Source of the DNA: Naegleria gruberi
Lineage: Eukaryota
Length of the DNA: 1,782 nt
Reading direction: 5' to 3' (one strand)
NCBI GenBank assembly: GCA_000004985.1
Contig: GG739327.1
Under the pieces are notes generated by a model, which saw only the letters and a program-made list of their open reading frames with translations, did not search any database and was not told where the DNA came from. This document shows positions 1 through 1,782 of this stretch, in pieces. The position numbers and the translations under genes were made by a program. Positions within the stretch are counted from its first letter, which is position 1, and every line of letters begins with the position of its first letter.

Positions 1-27
1 TATTGATGATGAACACATTTTTTTTAG

Positions 28-69
28 ATCGTCGGTTGGTTGAAAAATCCTCCAAAAACTGGAAGCAAG
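28..69 (+). CDS. putative 42-nt internal micro-exon, spliced in frame to the 375..634 exon
   Basis: It is flanked by an acceptor (T8 run 18-25 then AG at 26-27) and a donor (AAG|GTAACT, GT at 70-71). In the reading phase with codons starting at 30, it encodes RRLVEKSSKNWKQ with no stop. That leaves 1 nt (G69), which joins A375 and T376 to make GAT (Asp). The splice therefore continues exactly into the open frame-2 ORF of the downstream exon. This phase match has about a 1-in-3 chance of occurring randomly. Confidence 0.22.
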
Positions 70-374
70 GTAACTTGTAATTTTTTACAAATCTGTTGAA
101 AAAGAGGTACCAACTTTTGGAACAACAACAAAACTTGGCAGTTGAAATTTTATTGTTTTTTTATTTTTTGTTTTTTTAATTTTTTTGCCCCTAACTTTCA
201 CCACTTCTCTAAAGTTGAACCTATTTTTCATCATTCGGGCGGTCATCTTGCAGCGGTTTTTGCAAATGAAATCATTCTATTTTATTTATTATTTTTTAAT
301 TTTTTAATTTTTATTTTAATAATTTGGCGAAGACCCCTCTCCCCCTGCGTGCTGTAATTTATCCTTCTTCCCAG
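70..374 (+). other. putative 305-nt intron (GT...AG) separating the two proposed exons; very T-rich low-complexity interior
   Basis: Donor GTAACT at 70-75 and acceptor cttcttcccAG ending at 374. The interior is dominated by poly-T and TTTTTTAA-like units, which is typical of nematode introns. Translating it in frame 1 gives the Phe-rich artefact ORF 142..357. Confidence 0.22.
142..330 (+). repeat. T-rich low-complexity / simple-sequence tract (poly-T runs and TTTTTTAA-like tandem units)
   Basis: Directly visible: tttattgtttttttattttttgtttttttaatttttttgcccc (about 150-190) and ttattttttaattttttaatttttattttaataattt (about 287-323). These are interrupted only by a short GC-richer island at 232-262. 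Confidence 0.6.
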
Positions 375-634
375 ATCAAGAGAAAGAAATTCCTAAAGAA
401 AAAGAAGAAAAAGAAGAAAAATTGTCATTTATCGGAAACATTCGTGAAATTATCTCTGAATTGATAGAGGAAATCTTTTCTTCAGCCCTGCGTTTTGCAA
501 TTTTACTAATTTTGAAACTTCTCCTCATTTATTATATTGTTGTGAATTATGGAAAGGATTTATTGAAATTTGCTTGGCATGCTGTAATGTCATCTGATGC
601 AGAAGATCTTGAGAAAAGACTCAAAAATAAATAA
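375..634 (+). CDS. putative terminal coding exon of an upstream + strand gene; encodes a Lys/Glu-rich segment followed by a C-terminal tail-anchor-like TM helix and a short tail; stop TAA at 632-634
   Basis: Frame 2 is open from 323 to the TAA at 632-634. The track ORF 422..634 is the same frame, with TTG miscalled as M. A polypyrimidine tract plus CAG (tccttcttcccag, AG at 373-374) gives a credible 3' splice acceptor, putting the exon start at 375. Translation: (D)QEKEIPKEKEEKEEKLSFIGNIREIISELIEEIFSSALRFAILLILKLLLIYYIVVNYGKDLLKFAWHAVMSSDAEDLEKRLKNK*. The hydrophobic stretch AILLILKLLLIYYIVV lies ~30 residues from the C-terminus. AATAAA overlaps the stop. Confidence 0.4.
626..631 (+). other. 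canonical polyadenylation signal AATAAA overlapping the TAA stop of the 375..634 exon
   Basis: The sequence caaaaATAAATAAtcc contains AATAAA at 626-631, and the stop TAA sits at 632-634. This fits the 3' end of a transcript ending shortly downstream, roughly 645-660. Confidence 0.35.
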
Positions 635-665
635 TCCAGATTATTCGAAACTATTAGTTTACTTC

Positions 666-679
666 CAATTAGCAATTAG
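666..679 (+). repeat. perfect tandem direct repeat CAATTAG x2 (AATTA/TAAT homeodomain-type cores) in the intergenic region
   Basis: acttcCAATTAGCAATTAGaagt: the two 7-mers at 666-672 and 673-679 are flanked by the inverted pentamers ACTTC and GAAGT. Confidence 0.5.
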
Positions 680-1055
680 AAGTTCTGTAAAGTTGACTTT
701 TGAGCATAAACCTGGTTGAACATGAAGTTCTGGTTTAACTAGTATTTTTCTTCACCATTGCCATTTGACTTGACAGTTTCAGCAAAAGTAAAATTTCTAA
801 TAGTCCAAGAAGATACCAGCTTTTCATTAGCCAAGAATCCAAGAACTCGGTTAGGAATTTTTGATTGAACTTATCTTCCATCTGGCCATCCATAGCTCAA
901 AAAGTTTCATGATCCAATCTAATTGCCTTGTTTGTTAACTGTTTCTAAAACCATCACAACATCTCAACACACCATCTGTGAGTCACTGACATTGCATCAA
1001 AATCACCAGTCTCACATTAAAATTCAAAACAAAAAAGAAAACACACACAACCATC

Positions 1056-1061
1056 TTTCAG
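1056..1061 (+). other. consensus nematode 3' splice acceptor TTTCAG 22 nt upstream of the ATG; candidate trans-splice (SL) acceptor or end of a 5'-UTR intron
   Basis: atcTTTCAG|ttattaccattataaatacaacATG. In Caenorhabditis, SL1 trans-splicing uses a UUUCAG acceptor a few to a few tens of nt upstream of the initiator ATG. No in-frame ATG lies between the upstream stop at 1018-1020 and 1084. Confidence 0.35.
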
Positions 1062-1071
1062 TTATTACCAT

Positions 1072-1078
1072 TATAAAT
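1072..1078 (+). promoter_or_regulatory. TATA-box-like TATAAAT motif, 6 nt upstream of the ATG at 1084
   Basis: The sequence is ccatTATAAATacaacATG. It is too close to act as the core promoter for initiation at ATG 1084 if transcription starts ~30 nt downstream. Either it is an incidental AT-rich word or the true initiator is a downstream ATG, for example ATG 1144. Confidence 0.15.
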
Positions 1079-1083
1079 ACAAC

Positions 1084-1782
1084 ATGTCTTTTGGATTTTA
1101 CAAAATATTGGGAAGTTCCTGTTTGATTGGAGGATTTATTGGAATGACACTCTTTTTAATTAGTACTATCGTTACTTTTGTCTGTATTAATATTGATTAT
1201 TACTATGTAAATGATCCTGAGGCTGTGAAATTCAAGATGGTCAACTGTTGTCAAATTACATCGTTACAAAATTGTGAGACGAGCAGCAGGGGAACAACAT
1301 TTTGCAGAACTACTGTAAAATATCCATCCAATTTACAAAATCTGATCGAAATAGTTCAAAAATCCAATTCTGCTTATTACAAACTCACAACAGATTCTCA
1401 AAAATATGAAAAGAGAGAAGAAATTAATGCACCTTTTTATTTTAATCCAAATAATGTTAGTTTATATGAATATTACTCTGAGGATTATCCTAGAAATTTG
1501 TGGTTGGATTTTAATTGTAGAGCTATGGTTGAATATGTTGTAAATGGAACAAATTCAGAGTTGACCAATTCTTTCACAAGCTCAAATTATCCAAATTTAG
1601 CATCGTTTAATAGCTCACTTTCTCTAACAATGATAGAGAAAGTACTCAGATCGCAGGTAAGCGACAAGGTTCAAGTTTCGAAACAAGAACAAGTAGGAGA
1701 CTATATGAATTGTTATACGAATTCGAATGGAGAAACTCTCTTTTCTAACAGATATAGCTATTTATACAAGAATTTACTTGGA
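1084..1782 (+). CDS. 5'-complete, 3'-truncated ORF (233 codons, runs off window end) encoding a predicted single-pass membrane protein with an N-terminal signal anchor and a Cys-containing, N-glycosylation-site-rich ectodomain; family not recognised
   Basis: I translated frame 1 by hand. TAA at 1018-1020 is the nearest upstream in-frame stop, and ATG at 1084 is the first start codon after it. No stop occurs from 1084 to 1782 (MSFGFYKILGSSCLIGGFIGMTLFLISTIVTFVCINIDYYYVNDPEAVKFKMVNCCQITSLQNCETSSRGTTFCRTTVKYPSNLQ...NGTNSELTNSFTSSNYPNLASFNSSLSL...KNLLG). With about two-thirds A+T, a 233-codon open frame is very unlikely by chance. Residues ~8-36 are uniformly hydrophobic, consistent with a signal anchor or TM helix. 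Downstream there are 8+ Cys and at least four N-x-S/T sequons (NVS, NGT, NSS twice). Codon composition is non-repetitive and looks protein-like. The supplied track omits it, presumably because it has no in-window stop. Confidence 0.6.
   Translation, partial: MSFGFYKILGSSCLIGGFIGMTLFLISTIVTFVCINIDYYYVNDPEAVKFKMVNCCQITSLQNCETSSRGTTFCRTTVKYPSNLQNLIEIVQKSNSAYYKLTTDSQKYEKREEINAPFYFNPNNVSLYEYYSEDYPRNLWLDFNCRAMVEYVVNGTNSELTNSFTSSNYPNLASFNSSLSLTMIEKVLRSQVSDKVQVSKQEQVGDYMNCYTNSNGETLFSNRYSYLYKNLLG

Noticed and set aside
252-264. GC stem plus T-run (gcagcggtttttgc) resembling a bacterial rho-independent terminator
   Set aside because: The stem is only 2-3 bp of true complementarity, and the context is eukaryotic intron-like. 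This is not a terminator.
142-357. Track ORF 142..357 (71 aa, MKFYCFFIFCFFNFF...)
   Set aside because: It starts at TTG, not ATG. It is a Phe/Leu/Ile-rich translation of poly-T and TTTTTTAA simple sequence and lies inside the proposed intron. This is a low-complexity artefact, not a gene.
422-634. Track ORF 422..634 treated as a stand-alone TTG-initiated gene
   Set aside because: The start call is an artefact. The same frame is open back to 323 with no ATG, and a good splice acceptor sits at 374. I read it as the terminal exon of a spliced eukaryotic gene (feature 375..634), not an independent ORF.
735-893. Minus-strand ATG-initiated 52-aa ORF (MDGQMEDKFNQKFLTEFLDSWLMKSWYLLGLLEILLLLKLSSQMAMVKKNTS), antisense in the intergenic region
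   Set aside because: It is short enough to arise by chance in six-frame space, since roughly 50-codon open runs are expected a few times per kb even in AT-rich DNA. TGA lies immediately upstream of its ATG, and no flanking splice or poly(A) signals support it. I would only revisit it if RNA-seq or homology supports a small protein or exon here.
1041-1048. (AC)4 microsatellite in the leader region
   Set aside because: Four units is too short to matter, and it is ordinary in AT/CA-rich noncoding DNA.
923-1126. Track ORF 923..1126 (67 aa)
   Set aside because: It starts at TTG, runs through an A-rich and (CA)n-like leader (aaaacacacacaacc), and overlaps the far stronger frame-1 ORF out of frame. 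Its composition (H/T/N/Q-rich) reflects the low-complexity DNA and not a protein.
1315-1354. GTAAAA ... gaaatAG possible 40-nt mini-intron inside the 1084 ORF
   Set aside because: The acceptor is poor, with no pyrimidine tract and no TTTCAG. The reading frame stays open and protein-like straight through, so continuous coding is more parsimonious.
1-1782. Search for prokaryotic accessory-system signatures (CRISPR repeats, IS inverted repeats, RBS-coupled operons, toxin-antitoxin pairs)
   Set aside because: There are no repeat-spacer periodicity, no terminal inverted repeats, no SD motifs and no compact overlapping gene pairs. The sequence has eukaryotic (nematode-like) gene architecture, so these categories do not apply.

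Overview
This window reads as eukaryotic genomic DNA, most likely from a nematode, and not as a prokaryotic locus. It is AT-rich, has long T-rich low-complexity tracts of the kind seen in Caenorhabditis introns and intergenic DNA, carries TTTCAG-type 3' splice acceptors and GTAAGY/GTAACT donors, and has an AATAAA motif sitting on a stop codon. All three ORFs in the supplied track begin with TTG called as M, and two of them are artefacts of low-complexity sequence. The longest coding signal is absent from the track: an ATG at 1084 opens a frame that stays open for 233 codons to the window edge (1782). It encodes a protein with a short N-terminus, a long hydrophobic signal-anchor or TM segment, and a Cys- and Asn-x-Ser/Thr-containing hydrophilic domain. 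I do not recognise its family. Upstream I propose a second, separate + strand gene whose last two exons lie in the window (28..69 and 375..634, joined in frame across a 305-nt T-rich intron). It ends in a Lys/Glu-rich segment followed by a C-terminal tail-anchor-like TM helix, with stop TAA at 632-634 overlapped by AATAAA. The ~450-nt stretch between the two genes holds short direct repeats (tandem CAATTAG and a near-duplicated 10-mer), then a TTTCAG acceptor and a TATAAAT box immediately before the 1084 ATG. There is no rRNA, tRNA, CRISPR array or transposon-end signature. All gene models are inferred from sequence only and need cDNA or homology confirmation.
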